64,000 nt of DNA, taken from NCBI GenBank assembly GCA_964596525.1, contig CAZQUL010000001.1, positions 140,830 through 204,829 on the forward strand, written 5' to 3'. The position numbers and the translations under genes are program-made. The notes under the pieces were generated by a model, which was not told where the DNA came from, did no database searches, and saw nothing but the letters and a program-made list of their open reading frames with translations. This stretch comes from an uncultured Gammaproteobacteria bacterium (GTDB taxonomy: Bacteria > Patescibacteriota > Patescibacteriia > Magasanikbacterales > GWA2-37-8). This document shows, in pieces, positions 9,803 to 19,186 of the stretch; the stretch's first letter is position 1, and each line of letters starts with the position of its first letter.

Positions 9803-10873
9803 ATGAACAGACGAACTGCGCTGCATATTTTTGGTCTTGGTATCACCACCCTTGTTGGCGCCTGCGGCACCGGCACCATTGCCGTGGAATCCGACCCGCC
9901 CACCCCGCCGATCGTGCCCCCTGAGCCGATTGTGTATCCGGTGATTCCGGGCGGGCTCGTCATGACGAATTCTTCAGCCGGCGCGAGCGCGGCGAACGGT
10001 CTCAGTGTGCGCGCCGGAAGTTCTCGTGTCGCGGTCGGCATGATCGACTTCACGTGCCATCTAGATCTCCTCGAGATTGATGAGATAACAGCAACGTTCG
10101 TGGGCTCAGCATCACCCTCCGACGTGAGCACCTTCGAGCTTATGAGCGGCACGGAATCGCTTGCGTTCGGTCAGATGAACGGGAAACGTGTGACGTTTTC
10201 TTTCCCGCGTACGCCGCTTCGGCTGACTTACGGACAGAACGTCACCGTGCGTTTCTACGCCACGATCGGCGGTGGCATAAACCGCTACTTTCAGCTCGCG
10301 ATCAATGCCGAAACCGACGTCTTGGCGTTCGAAGTGACGGGCGAGGTGCGCACGGCGCGGCGCTTACCGACGGTGAATGTCGGCTCGTTCCCCATCCCGC
10401 TCTCACGCATTAACATCAATACCGGAGGTTTGCTGATCCAGGAATCGCCGGATTTTGCAGACCATACGGTTGGTAGCGGCGGAACCAGTCAGCGGATCGG
10501 CTGGTTTGAACTGAACGCTTTCGGCGAGGCGGTACGGATAACCTCTATCGCGCTTACGGTTACATTCGGCAACGGCCTTCGGCCCGAGCACGTTTCCAGT
10601 CTGCGGCTCAGATCTATACCGGGAGGCGCAAATGGGTTTCTCGAAGCAAGCGTTTCAAGCCTGGGCCTGATCAACTCGGTTATCTCGCTGACGAATCAGA
10701 ATTACATCGTGCCGGCCAATCAGAGCTGTGCGGTGTACATCGAAGCTAGCTTCGTGCCCGGAGCAGTAGGAACAATCCACGTGTCACTCAGCGGCACCTA
10801 CGCCCAGGGATTTATCTCGCTCGCGAGCATCTCGGTGCCCGCCACACGCGGCCGCACCATGACGGTGCAGTAA
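9803..10873 (+). CDS. putative lipoprotein with two beta-rich surface domains
   Basis: MNRR..VGAC signal/lipobox, Pro linker, promoter TTGACA-17-TAGTAT at 9723-9751. Confidence 0.75.
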   Translation: MNRRTALHIFGLGITTLVGACGTGTIAVESDPPTPPIVPPEPIVYPVIPGGLVMTNSSAGASAANGLSVRAGSSRVAVGMIDFTCHLDLLEIDEITATFVGSASPSDVSTFELMSGTESLAFGQMNGKRVTFSFPRTPLRLTYGQNVTVRFYATIGGGINRYFQLAINAETDVLAFEVTGEVRTARRLPTVNVGSFPIPLSRININTGGLLIQESPDFADHTVGSGGTSQRIGWFELNAFGEAVRITSIALTVTFGNGLRPEHVSSLRLRSIPGGANGFLEASVSSLGLINSVISLTNQNYIVPANQSCAVYIEASFVPGAVGTIHVSLSGTYAQGFISLASISVPATRGRTMTVQ

Positions 10874-11032
10874 AGATCAAATTCTCAGCCCCCACATGGG
10901 GCTGTTTTAATATTTCAAATCCCGAGGAGTTAGTTGACAAAAGGGCTAAAGCATTATATATTATTACGTCTTTGGCCGGCGACAGAAGTCGTTAGGTTGA
11001 AGCATTCCCCAGCCCTTTGAGAAGGAGAGAGC

Positions 11033-11881
11033 ATGTCCACCACCGATCAGTTCGGCCTTGTTGATTTCGTGCGCGGCCTGGGCGGCATTGCGCAGGGTGT
11101 CGTGAGCTACCCGCTCTTCGCCATTCCACGTACCGTGCGCCACATTTTTTCCGGCGCGATGATCGATGTATGGCGGGCCATTTGGCGCATGAAGCGGGTG
11201 GGACCCAATCTCAAGACAGTCCTGACGGTCGTCTCGGTTCCGGCTGCGGCCCTGACGCCCGGAGTGGTGGGTCTGATCGCAGGCTTGTACGGCGTCTATC
11301 GTGGTTTCAAGATTGCTTGCGATGAGAAAGATGAAGGGAATAGTCTCCTTAGCGTCTTTCCCGAGGCCTACCGCGAGCTGCGCACACTCGACCGCAAGGA
11401 GATTGCGAAGATGCTCGAGGACCTCGCCACCTACAAAAGCGAGCCACTCGACCCCGGCACGAAGCCGTTCGACATCTCGCCCCTCAAGGCAATCCGCGGT
11501 CTCGCTGCCGGCTCTCTGAGTGCAGTGGCCGGTGCGACACTCATAGGAACACTCGTTCTGTTCCGTCTACCTCAGCTTTCCGTGAAGGGCTTTAAGATAG
11601 CCTGGGAAGATGAAGATCAAATCTTTCTGGGACTGCTTTATACGATTGGCGTAATCATCATCACGCTGATCCTGATCCCGCTGTCATTCCTCATCCCCAC
11701 CCTGTTCGAGCTCGTCGACGGCACCCGCCACGGCTACCAGGAGAGCATCGGCTTTGCCCTCGGCAAGGCCTGGGACACGACCAAGAAGGTAAGCGAAGCA
11801 ATCAAGGACTTCCTCGGCAAGAAGAAGCAGCCTACCATCGCTTCGAGTCGGGCGCCTAACACATACAGCTCATCCACATAG
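11033..11881 (+). CDS. hypothetical membrane protein
   Basis: Several hydrophobic helices; aaggag RBS; promoter TTGACA-17-TATATT at 10934-10962. Confidence 0.75.
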   Translation: MSTTDQFGLVDFVRGLGGIAQGVVSYPLFAIPRTVRHIFSGAMIDVWRAIWRMKRVGPNLKTVLTVVSVPAAALTPGVVGLIAGLYGVYRGFKIACDEKDEGNSLLSVFPEAYRELRTLDRKEIAKMLEDLATYKSEPLDPGTKPFDISPLKAIRGLAAGSLSAVAGATLIGTLVLFRLPQLSVKGFKIAWEDEDQIFLGLLYTIGVIIITLILIPLSFLIPTLFELVDGTRHGYQESIGFALGKAWDTTKKVSEAIKDFLGKKKQPTIASSRAPNTYSSST

Positions 11882-11987
11882 TCTAAAAGCCTTCGGCGCG
11901 TAGCGAGCCTGTCTCCTGCGTGCCGATTTATTTTTTACGGTTTAGATAAAAAGAAAAACCGCCGGTATTCGATCCGGTGGTCTTCGT

Positions 11988-13286
11988 TTATCTTCCCAAA
12001 ATCGCATCGAGTGTATTTTTGCGCACAATGATCCAGGCCGGTACGAAGCCGGCAAAGAGGACGACGACCATGAGGATGCCGATGCGCAGAAGAGCGCCGT
12101 CCGGCGTAACGACGAGGATGCCATCGGAGAAGGGAAAGTCGATGGGATTTTTTTCGAAAAACGGTTTAAGGAGTCCGAAGGTGAGCGCGACACCGATGCC
12201 GGAACCGACCGCCCCATAAAAAAACGCCTGTATGACGTACGAAAGCTGCACCGCGAACGGGCTGATGCCGATGCCTTTCATAATGCCGATGAATTTGCGC
12301 TTGGTGACGGCGTTAATGAAGATAACGATGAAGATGGTGATTGTCGCGACGACAAGCGCGATCGAGGAAAGCGCATTGCCGAGGATGCCCATGGTGGTTT
12401 CGATATCGCGCAAGAATGACGGGATGGCTTCTTGCGATGACTGCACGCGGGCCGGATTGGTGCCAAGGAAATTCTTGATATCATTGATGACTCCACGCTC
12501 CGTACCGGGTTTGACGCGGATCGCGATTTCTTGATAATCGAGCTTGCGGACCGGCACGAGGCGGCGCACCTCTTCGTCGAGAATAAAAGCACGCGATGAA
12601 ACTTCATCGATCTTGCTCTTCATGATGCCGCGCACGATGTATTCTTTGGCAATTGGCTCACCTTCGCCCGCGACGATGGAGAGACGTACACGGCTGCCGA
12701 TATCGACATCTTCGAGAAGCGTGAGGCCCGGGATGTTGGCATCCGCGAACGAGGAATATTTCTTGAGGATGTTGGCACCGATGATAATACCTTGTGTATC
12801 GCCGGCCTGGAGTGGTTCGCCGTATTTGACGAACTTGGAAATTTCGGTCAATTCTTCTTCTTTTTCCGGATCGATGCCAGCAACACTCAAGTTAGCGCGA
12901 TTGAGCTTTTCTTCGCTTTTTGGGAGCTTATCGAGCGTGCCCAGGATACCAGCGCCAACGAGGTAACGTGGCGCGAAACCCGTAACGTCGGGATGATTCG
13001 ATAAGAATGAAACAAGATTTTGCGAATCTTTGATGTACGTCTGGCGGTTCGGCGGGGTGATGATGATATCACCGCTGTAGTGTGCACGGAACTGGATGAA
13101 TGAACCGCTGATGAGGCCGACGAGGAGGCCGGAAACGACGACGAGATTGAGGAAGGTCAGGACCATGATGAAGATGATGAGCCCAGTAGTCCATTTGCTG
13201 GCGCGGCGGATGTGGCGGAGCGCCAAAAACCAGCCCACACGGATGGCGTGGAAGAATTCGTGGAGACGGGCGGCGAGGTGTAGCAT
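11988..13286 (-). CDS. ABC transporter permease (FtsX/LolC-E/MacB-like)
   Basis: N-terminal TM, large extracytoplasmic domain, IGIMKGIG and three C-terminal TMs. Confidence 0.9.
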   Translation of the reverse strand: MLHLAARLHEFFHAIRVGWFLALRHIRRASKWTTGLIIFIMVLTFLNLVVVSGLLVGLISGSFIQFRAHYSGDIIITPPNRQTYIKDSQNLVSFLSNHPDVTGFAPRYLVGAGILGTLDKLPKSEEKLNRANLSVAGIDPEKEEELTEISKFVKYGEPLQAGDTQGIIIGANILKKYSSFADANIPGLTLLEDVDIGSRVRLSIVAGEGEPIAKEYIVRGIMKSKIDEVSSRAFILDEEVRRLVPVRKLDYQEIAIRVKPGTERGVINDIKNFLGTNPARVQSSQEAIPSFLRDIETTMGILGNALSSIALVVATITIFIVIFINAVTKRKFIGIMKGIGISPFAVQLSYVIQAFFYGAVGSGIGVALTFGLLKPFFEKNPIDFPFSDGILVVTPDGALLRIGILMVVVLFAGFVPAWIIVRKNTLDAILGR

Positions 13287-13329
13287 ACGGCTTTGCGCAA
13301 CAAGAGTAGTGTATCAAGATGTACCAGAA

Positions 13330-13626
13330 TTAGCCCGCCAAGTCAAAAGTAAGGCTTAGATTGTCTCCTGCGGCGATTCTTTCTTTTTTCCTTACCACGG
13401 CTTTGAGAGCAATGAGATACCGGAACTCTATCCCCTTGCCGCCGGGCAGAAGCGATGTTTTCCAGGTGGTTTTGCCAAGTGTGGCAATAATGGGAATGAA
13501 TCCGTACACGCCTTTTAGTCCGGATTGTTTTAGCTCCGCCGATTGCGCAGAAGAAAGAGCCACGAAATGCCAACCCCCTGGACCGGGAAATTTTTGGACC
13601 GCACCGGTAACAACGATTTTCTTCAT
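13330..13626 (-). CDS. DUF1905 family protein
   Basis: GGWHFV..PIIATLGKTTWKTSLLP..LKAVVRKKE..GD. Confidence 0.8.
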   Translation of the reverse strand: MKKIVVTGAVQKFPGPGGWHFVALSSAQSAELKQSGLKGVYGFIPIIATLGKTTWKTSLLPGGKGIEFRYLIALKAVVRKKERIAAGDNLSLTFDLAG

Positions 13627-13632
13627 ACTTTT

Positions 13633-14241
13633 TTATTCGCACTGCTGCCGGAGCACGGTCTTCATTTTTTCCGGCGCGATTTTGCGCGGATCGTTCAGAT
13701 AAATCTCATGATGTTTGCCGGAGAGCTTTTTTCCATTTTCCAGAATATGCTCATGAATTTTCTGAATGTTCGGACCCTCGGCCGAAAACGGGCCAATGTG
13801 CACAAGCTGACCGACCAAACCTTCGTCGTACGTTTCAAAACGGATTTCGTGGAGTTTCGGAAACCCTTTTTTATTTTCCGCCTGCACGAGCGCTTCAGCA
13901 ACAACCTTCTTTGTCACGATATCGGGCTGCATGATCATCATGGTCCACTGCCACTTCTTGCGATCGTTCGTAACGAAATCGTTCATGTTTTTCGCCCACC
14001 ATAAACCTTCAAGCGGCATGACTTTGTAATCTATTTCCTGCGTTTTCTTGATCATGAATTTAATGGTGTAGGCGAGCGTAAAAAGCGCTTCGACCGCAGC
14101 CGCGTATTCTTGGGACGTGTTCGGGTCGCCTTGCCCGTCGATCATGAGAAAATTCATCGCGGGAACGGTGATGAGTTCGACGCTTTTAGCCGATGGATTA
14201 TACAGATGTTTGAGGAGTTTTTTGTGGTCAATTTTTTTCAT
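13633..14241 (-). CDS. GyrI-like small-molecule-binding protein
   Basis: IDGQGDPN, PLEGLWW, HIGPF, HHEIYLNDPR. Confidence 0.88.
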   Translation of the reverse strand: MKKIDHKKLLKHLYNPSAKSVELITVPAMNFLMIDGQGDPNTSQEYAAAVEALFTLAYTIKFMIKKTQEIDYKVMPLEGLWWAKNMNDFVTNDRKKWQWTMMIMQPDIVTKKVVAEALVQAENKKGFPKLHEIRFETYDEGLVGQLVHIGPFSAEGPNIQKIHEHILENGKKLSGKHHEIYLNDPRKIAPEKMKTVLRQQCE

Positions 14242-14794
14242 AGGCCTTTTTAAGGATTTTCTCGATCGTATTCCAGTTGCGCGTCGTCACGTTTTTGCCG
14301 AATTCTTTTTCGATGATGTTCATCGCGTCGGTCGTGCCGTGTTTTTCGGTAACGGTGAGAACGCTGATAATTTCAGTCTCTGTTACTTTGAGGATGGTAA
14401 AATCTTTTTCGGGCGATACGTAAGGAATTGTAAGTACGCTCGTTGGTTTTTCGGAAAGGAAGGTAATGTAAAGCCGTGTTGCTGGAGTTACTTCGATTTT
14501 TTGGAAGGGCTTCGTATCCGCGAGCTTGCGCACATCATCGATAGTGCGGACGATGACGACAATCGTTCGTTGATATTTTTTCTCAAGTGCCTGGGTGATG
14601 GATGCGGTAATTTTCCTGGTCGAAGTTTCCTCGGTTTCAAATACAATATTACCGCTCGCGAGAACAGTGCGCACCTTGCTGAAACCGAGTGATTCAAATA
14701 TCTTTTTAACGTCGGCCATTTTGACGAGCACGTTGCCGCCGACGTTGATGCCGCGGAGAAATACGGCGCAACGAGTGTGCGAACTTTTTGGCAT
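14228..14794 (-). CDS. DUF1697 family protein
   Basis: FLRGINVGG, VRTVLASGN, TTRNWNT. Confidence 0.9.
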   Translation of the reverse strand: MPKSSHTRCAVFLRGINVGGNVLVKMADVKKIFESLGFSKVRTVLASGNIVFETEETSTRKITASITQALEKKYQRTIVVIVRTIDDVRKLADTKPFQKIEVTPATRLYITFLSEKPTSVLTIPYVSPEKDFTILKVTETEIISVLTVTEKHGTTDAMNIIEKEFGKNVTTRNWNTIEKILKKAYEKN

Positions 14795-14795
14795 A

Positions 14796-15308
14796 TCAAA
14801 CCAGTCCCTGGCGCCTAAAAAAATCATTCCCCGGCCCTTTTTGGTCAGCCAAACTAGACAGCGGAAGAAACATGATCTTCACGACCGGTACGTGCGGAAA
14901 AATCTGGAGCGGAAAACCGCTCACGTTATGGAGTTCTAGGGCGATTGGATTGTCGGTGCCTGGTTCGATGAACATCGAGCCAAGGAGAATGCTCAACCCG
15001 GCTTGCGCGCGCGATCCGCGCGTGCTCAGAATGCCCGCGATATCATCGGACAAACGAATGTGTTCTTTGGATTTACAGACCAGAAAGGCGCCTGGTTCAA
15101 GGATGTAACCTTCGTCCGTGAGCGGGATTTCTTCGAATTCCTGCTTTGAGGTGCGAATATCGATGCGCGTAACAGGCTTGAGTTTGTAGAGCGTGGGACC
15201 AAGGGACAATGAGTAGCTGCCAGAGCGGAGATTGGCAGTGTCAAACGGCATAACAGTGATACGGCCGCTCGCAATGGATTCTTGGATGTCCTTATCGGAG
15301 AGAAGCAT
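14796..15308 (-). CDS. dCTP deaminase/dUTPase-fold protein (divergent active site)
   Basis: MLLSDKDI, LEPGAFL, RGSRAQAGL, IEPG..IALELHN. Confidence 0.8.
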   Translation of the reverse strand: MLLSDKDIQESIASGRITVMPFDTANLRSGSYSLSLGPTLYKLKPVTRIDIRTSKQEFEEIPLTDEGYILEPGAFLVCKSKEHIRLSDDIAGILSTRGSRAQAGLSILLGSMFIEPGTDNPIALELHNVSGFPLQIFPHVPVVKIMFLPLSSLADQKGPGNDFFRRQGLV

Positions 15309-15374
15309 AGAGTATTAAATGGATGAGGAAAGACTGCACACTAAAAACCATCGGCGAACCGACGGTTTTTAGTA

Positions 15375-16151
15375 TTAAGGGGCATCAACGAATTGGTTGA
15401 GAGAACCGAGGTCCATACCGCGGTCGCGGGCTGTCTTGAGGTATGGTTTGGCTTTTTCGTCGTCTTCTTTACCGAGATACGCCAGGCCAAGAAAGTACGG
15501 AATGGATGCTTCTCCGTTGTCATCGAGTTTTTCCAGGATGGCGATTGCCTCATCGTACTGATCATTAAAGAAATGCGCTACTGCCAGATTTTCTTTGGCC
15601 GTATCCTGGTCGGTCGCGTCGGCCGCTTTTTTGGCGTAGACGAGCGATTTTTTATAATCAACGTACTGTGGATGCGTATCGTTCAAATCCATGTAGAAGA
15701 GCGCGAGCGCGTTGTTGATCTGGAAATTATCCGGTTCAAGCTGTTCAGCAGTTGAAAAGTGCGCGAGCGCTTCTTCGGGTTTTGATTCAAGCACGGCGAT
15801 TTCGCCGCCAATAAGATGATGGTCAAACGAATCGGGTTTCGCTTGGGCGAATGCTTCTTTAAATTTGGCGAGTGCCGCTGCATCGTTGCCGCGGGTCGCT
15901 TCTACGTAAGCTTCATTTTTGAGGTTGTTGAGTGCTCGTTCGCCGCGGCCTTGAAAACAGCCGTATACACCTACGATAAGTAGAAGGCCAATGGCAACGG
16001 TGGGAAGCATTTTCTTTAGTTTTGTCGTTGTATCAGGGGTAGCCGATGAAGGAGTAGCCGAAGAGGCAACAGGAGTTGTGTTGGCAAAACCGCAATGAGG
16101 ACAAACTTTAGCGGACGATTCGAACGACTGGCCGCAGCGCGCGCAGAGCAT
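15375..16151 (-). CDS. zinc-ribbon + TM + TPR protein
   Basis: CARCG..CPHCG, one TM, TPR-like helices. Confidence 0.8.
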   Translation of the reverse strand: MLCARCGQSFESSAKVCPHCGFANTTPVASSATPSSATPDTTTKLKKMLPTVAIGLLLIVGVYGCFQGRGERALNNLKNEAYVEATRGNDAAALAKFKEAFAQAKPDSFDHHLIGGEIAVLESKPEEALAHFSTAEQLEPDNFQINNALALFYMDLNDTHPQYVDYKKSLVYAKKAADATDQDTAKENLAVAHFFNDQYDEAIAILEKLDDNGEASIPYFLGLAYLGKEDDEKAKPYLKTARDRGMDLGSLNQFVDAP

Positions 16152-16220
16152 ACGAAAAAAGTAAGTGAATGATGATAGGGTAACGATAACAAACCGCGAG
16201 ACAAGATTCAACCAGAAACG

Positions 16221-16808
16221 TTAATAGAATTTTTCGCCGCGCGCGAGCATGGCAACGATGGTTTCGAGGCGACGAGCGCGGGTTGCGGGTTTTTTGGCCG
16301 TAGCAAGACGGAAGGAGATGGCGTTAATGTTCGCCCGGCTGAGCGTGGCGACAAACGCTTTCATCTTAGAATTGCGGTTGATGATTTTTTGCAGATCAGG
16401 CGGAATTTCGGCCTTGCTAGGCGGCTCATAAGCCCGATCGAACCGTCCGTCGCGCTTGGCTTCTTCAACTTCTTTGAGCCCCGCGGGCGTCATGCGTTTT
16501 TCTTTGATAAGCCGTTCCACGTGGCCGATATTGAGTTTTGACCAGATGCTTTTGCTGCGGCGCGGGGAAAATTTCTGCAGATATGATTTCTCGTCGTATT
16601 TCTTAACTTGGCTGTCGATCCAGCCGAAACAGAGCGCTTCATCGAGGGCTTCGGGATACGTGATTGATAATTCATCGGAACCTTTTTTGAATATCCTGAT
16701 CCAGATACTGCCTGGTTCGGCATGATGTTTTATGAGCCATGAACGGAAATCCCGGGCAGCGGTGAACGAAAGAATGGGCGGCTCGATTTTTTTCTGTGAT
16801 GATTTCAT
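16221..16808 (-). CDS. YdeI/OmpD-associated (bacteriocin-protection) family protein
   Basis: EALCFGWIDS, FSPRRSKSIWS, AKKPATRARR. Confidence 0.9.
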   Translation of the reverse strand: MKSSQKKIEPPILSFTAARDFRSWLIKHHAEPGSIWIRIFKKGSDELSITYPEALDEALCFGWIDSQVKKYDEKSYLQKFSPRRSKSIWSKLNIGHVERLIKEKRMTPAGLKEVEEAKRDGRFDRAYEPPSKAEIPPDLQKIINRNSKMKAFVATLSRANINAISFRLATAKKPATRARRLETIVAMLARGEKFY

Positions 16809-16812
16809 ACCG

Positions 16813-17421
16813 CTAAAAATCGACAGATGCGAAGAAGAGATCTTTCCCATTGCTTTGAACGACGAGCAGCGCGCCGAACGGAAGTTCTTGCGGCACAGCG
16901 GAAAATTCGCGGGCTCTGAGCGTCACCAAGAGTAATGCTTTAATGACGCCGTTGTGACCGGAGATGCCGATGGTTTCGTTGGGATGTTTGGCAGCGATGC
17001 GCATAAGAGCGGCGGCGTATCGTCGGGCCGCTTCAGCATAACTTTCCATACTCGGATGATATTTGACGGTGAAATCGATACTGGGACGCTCGGCATGATA
17101 CGTTTTTTTGGCCGCATCCAGTTCCTCCACATCTTTGCCATCGAAGATACCGTAATCGATTTCGCGCAGTTCAGGATCGACAGCAATCGGCAGCACCGTG
17201 TTCATTCCTTTCATTACTTCTTCCGCGCTTTGCTTGCTACGCTCGAGGGGAGAAACATATATACGATCGAATATAATTCTAGAAGAGATTTTTTTACCGA
17301 GTTCGCGCATTTGCTCTCTTCCTTGGGCGGTTAACGGAACATCGGTTACGCCGCAAACGAGATTTTTACCGTTTGTCTTGGCCGTAGTTTCGCCGTGACG
17401 CCAGATGTACAACGTGGTCAT
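16813..17421 (-). CDS. histidine phosphatase family protein
   Basis: RHGET, SPLERS, LREIDYG, GHNG. Confidence 0.88.
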   Translation of the reverse strand: MTTLYIWRHGETTAKTNGKNLVCGVTDVPLTAQGREQMRELGKKISSRIIFDRIYVSPLERSKQSAEEVMKGMNTVLPIAVDPELREIDYGIFDGKDVEELDAAKKTYHAERPSIDFTVKYHPSMESYAEAARRYAAALMRIAAKHPNETIGISGHNGVIKALLLVTLRAREFSAVPQELPFGALLVVQSNGKDLFFASVDF

Positions 17422-17515
17422 AAGAGGTTGAGAATATAGGCGAGAGTATCATAACGGTTTCTAGTACAAGCGACAAACGAAAAACCGGAGAATGGTCTCC
17501 GGTTATGGTACGAGA

Positions 17516-18121
17516 CTAGAGGCGCCGCCGCGAGCGGCCGCTCCAGGGATCGTTCTCCTCGAGCGGAAAACTGTGCCAGCCGCGGGCACTCCATACATCG
17601 ACCATATGCACGAAGGCAGCAAGCTCGTTCATGGTCCGGCGGCGGCCCGAGTAATCGCCGAGCTCTCCTTCAGCGTAGCGCACGGCATTTTCTTCTTCGC
17701 TTGTGAGCGTAATGCCGTACTCGGCGAGCTTGGCCAGACGGAACCGCTGGCACTCTTCTTTGGTGTCGACGCCGGGCCGGTGATGAAGCTGTCCGTCCGG
17801 ACCGCGCTCGTACTTCCACGGCTTCTCAAGGTCGTGGCAAAAATAACCGATGATGGCGCTCGCGAGCGAAAACGGCAGCGGACGGCAGGCGTTGAGAACG
17901 GGATACAGAACGAGAGCAATGTTCGCCCCGTCTTCCATATGATCGTAGAAACCTCCGGGCCAGGCCTGATGGTTATTCGTCGACCCCGGCGTTTCCTGAA
18001 AGAGCCTCTGGTTGTGGCTTATGAGCCAAAGAAAATTTCCACAACGCGGGTCCGGGGCGACGAAAACGGTAAAAATATCTGCAAGCGAGTAATATGGCGG
18101 CTTGCTGACGATGTTCGACAT
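17516..18121 (-). CDS. HD-domain phosphohydrolase-like protein
   Basis: NHQAWPGGFYDH..CHDLEK..HMVD; ggagg RBS before ATG 18121. Confidence 0.7.
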   Translation of the reverse strand: MSNIVSKPPYYSLADIFTVFVAPDPRCGNFLWLISHNQRLFQETPGSTNNHQAWPGGFYDHMEDGANIALVLYPVLNACRPLPFSLASAIIGYFCHDLEKPWKYERGPDGQLHHRPGVDTKEECQRFRLAKLAEYGITLTSEEENAVRYAEGELGDYSGRRRTMNELAAFVHMVDVWSARGWHSFPLEENDPWSGRSRRRL

Positions 18122-18228
18122 TGGCGCCTCCTTTTGTTTACCGGTGGCGACGAGCATACCATACGAAAAAATCCTTGACAACAAAACCGACCATGTCCAG
18201 AGTCGGTTTTGTATCATCGCACTCAGGT

Positions 18229-18522
18229 TTATTTGCCGCTGCGGTACCATTTTTGTCCCCAAAACGTCACGTAGTAATAATCATAACTACACGCATCAAC
18301 GACCGCTCCGAACGGTGCCCAGCGCACGTTGATGCAGGAACCATCGCAGGTGCAACCATCTTTCGACCGCTTAAAGAATGCTTCATCAATCCCCTCCCCA
18401 ACGCTCCGCGGACGAAACTCACGTTCAATGAGATCTTCTCCGTTATCAAGCCACAGCCAGGGAGCAGCAAAGAGAATAAGCAACGCGACACAGCCGCATA
18501 GAAGTATAAAAATTTTCTTCAT
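18229..18522 (-). CDS. small secreted Cys-containing hypothetical protein
   Basis: MKKIFILL signal/TM; CTCDGSC..C. Confidence 0.55.
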   Translation of the reverse strand: MKKIFILLCGCVALLILFAAPWLWLDNGEDLIEREFRPRSVGEGIDEAFFKRSKDGCTCDGSCINVRWAPFGAVVDACSYDYYYVTFWGQKWYRSGK

Positions 18523-18591
18523 AAAAAAGACACAAGAATCTTTGAGGTACGATAAACGTACTACTAGAAAATTCAAGCGGTCTGGTGCGTT

Positions 18592-19167
18592 CTAGGCGCT
18601 CTTGTATCTGAAACACGACGTTAGATGGTCATTCACCATGCCGCACGCCTGCATGTGCGCGTAGATGACTGTTGGGCCAAGGAATTTGAAACCGCGTTTT
18701 TTGAGATCCTTGGCAAAGGCTTCGGCTTGGCGAGTGACAGCCGGAACATCTTTGAGTGTTTTTCGCTTGCCGTTGATTGGTTTATTATCGACAAAACCCC
18801 ACATATACTTTGCAAACGTGCCGAATTCTTTTTGTACACCAAGAAAGCGCGCGGCATTGTTGATGGCAGCGTTGATCTTGAGGCGGTTGCGGATAATGGA
18901 CGGATCGAGCAGCAATTTCTCGACATGATCTTTAGTAAACAACACGACCTCCTTCGGCTCAAAATCAGCAAACAGCCGGCGGTAACCTTCGCGTTTGTGC
19001 AGAATAGTCTTCCACGAGAGCCCGGCTTGGGCGCTTTCAAGGACAAGGAATTCGAAAATTTTCCGGTCGTCATGCACGGGTACGCCCCATTCTTCGTCAT
19101 GGTAGCGGATCATGAGAGGGTCCTCGCCAGTCCAGGCGCAACGAGAAGGAGATTGGGTAGTCGGCAT
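18592..19167 (-). CDS. tag: DNA-3-methyladenine glycosylase I
   Basis: RCAW, YHDEEWG, ESAQAGLSW, IIRNRLKI, GMVNDHLTSC. Confidence 0.95.
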   Translation of the reverse strand: MPTTQSPSRCAWTGEDPLMIRYHDEEWGVPVHDDRKIFEFLVLESAQAGLSWKTILHKREGYRRLFADFEPKEVVLFTKDHVEKLLLDPSIIRNRLKINAAINNAARFLGVQKEFGTFAKYMWGFVDNKPINGKRKTLKDVPAVTRQAEAFAKDLKKRGFKFLGPTVIYAHMQACGMVNDHLTSCFRYKSA

Positions 19168-19186
19168 ACGTAGCTTGCGGAAATCT

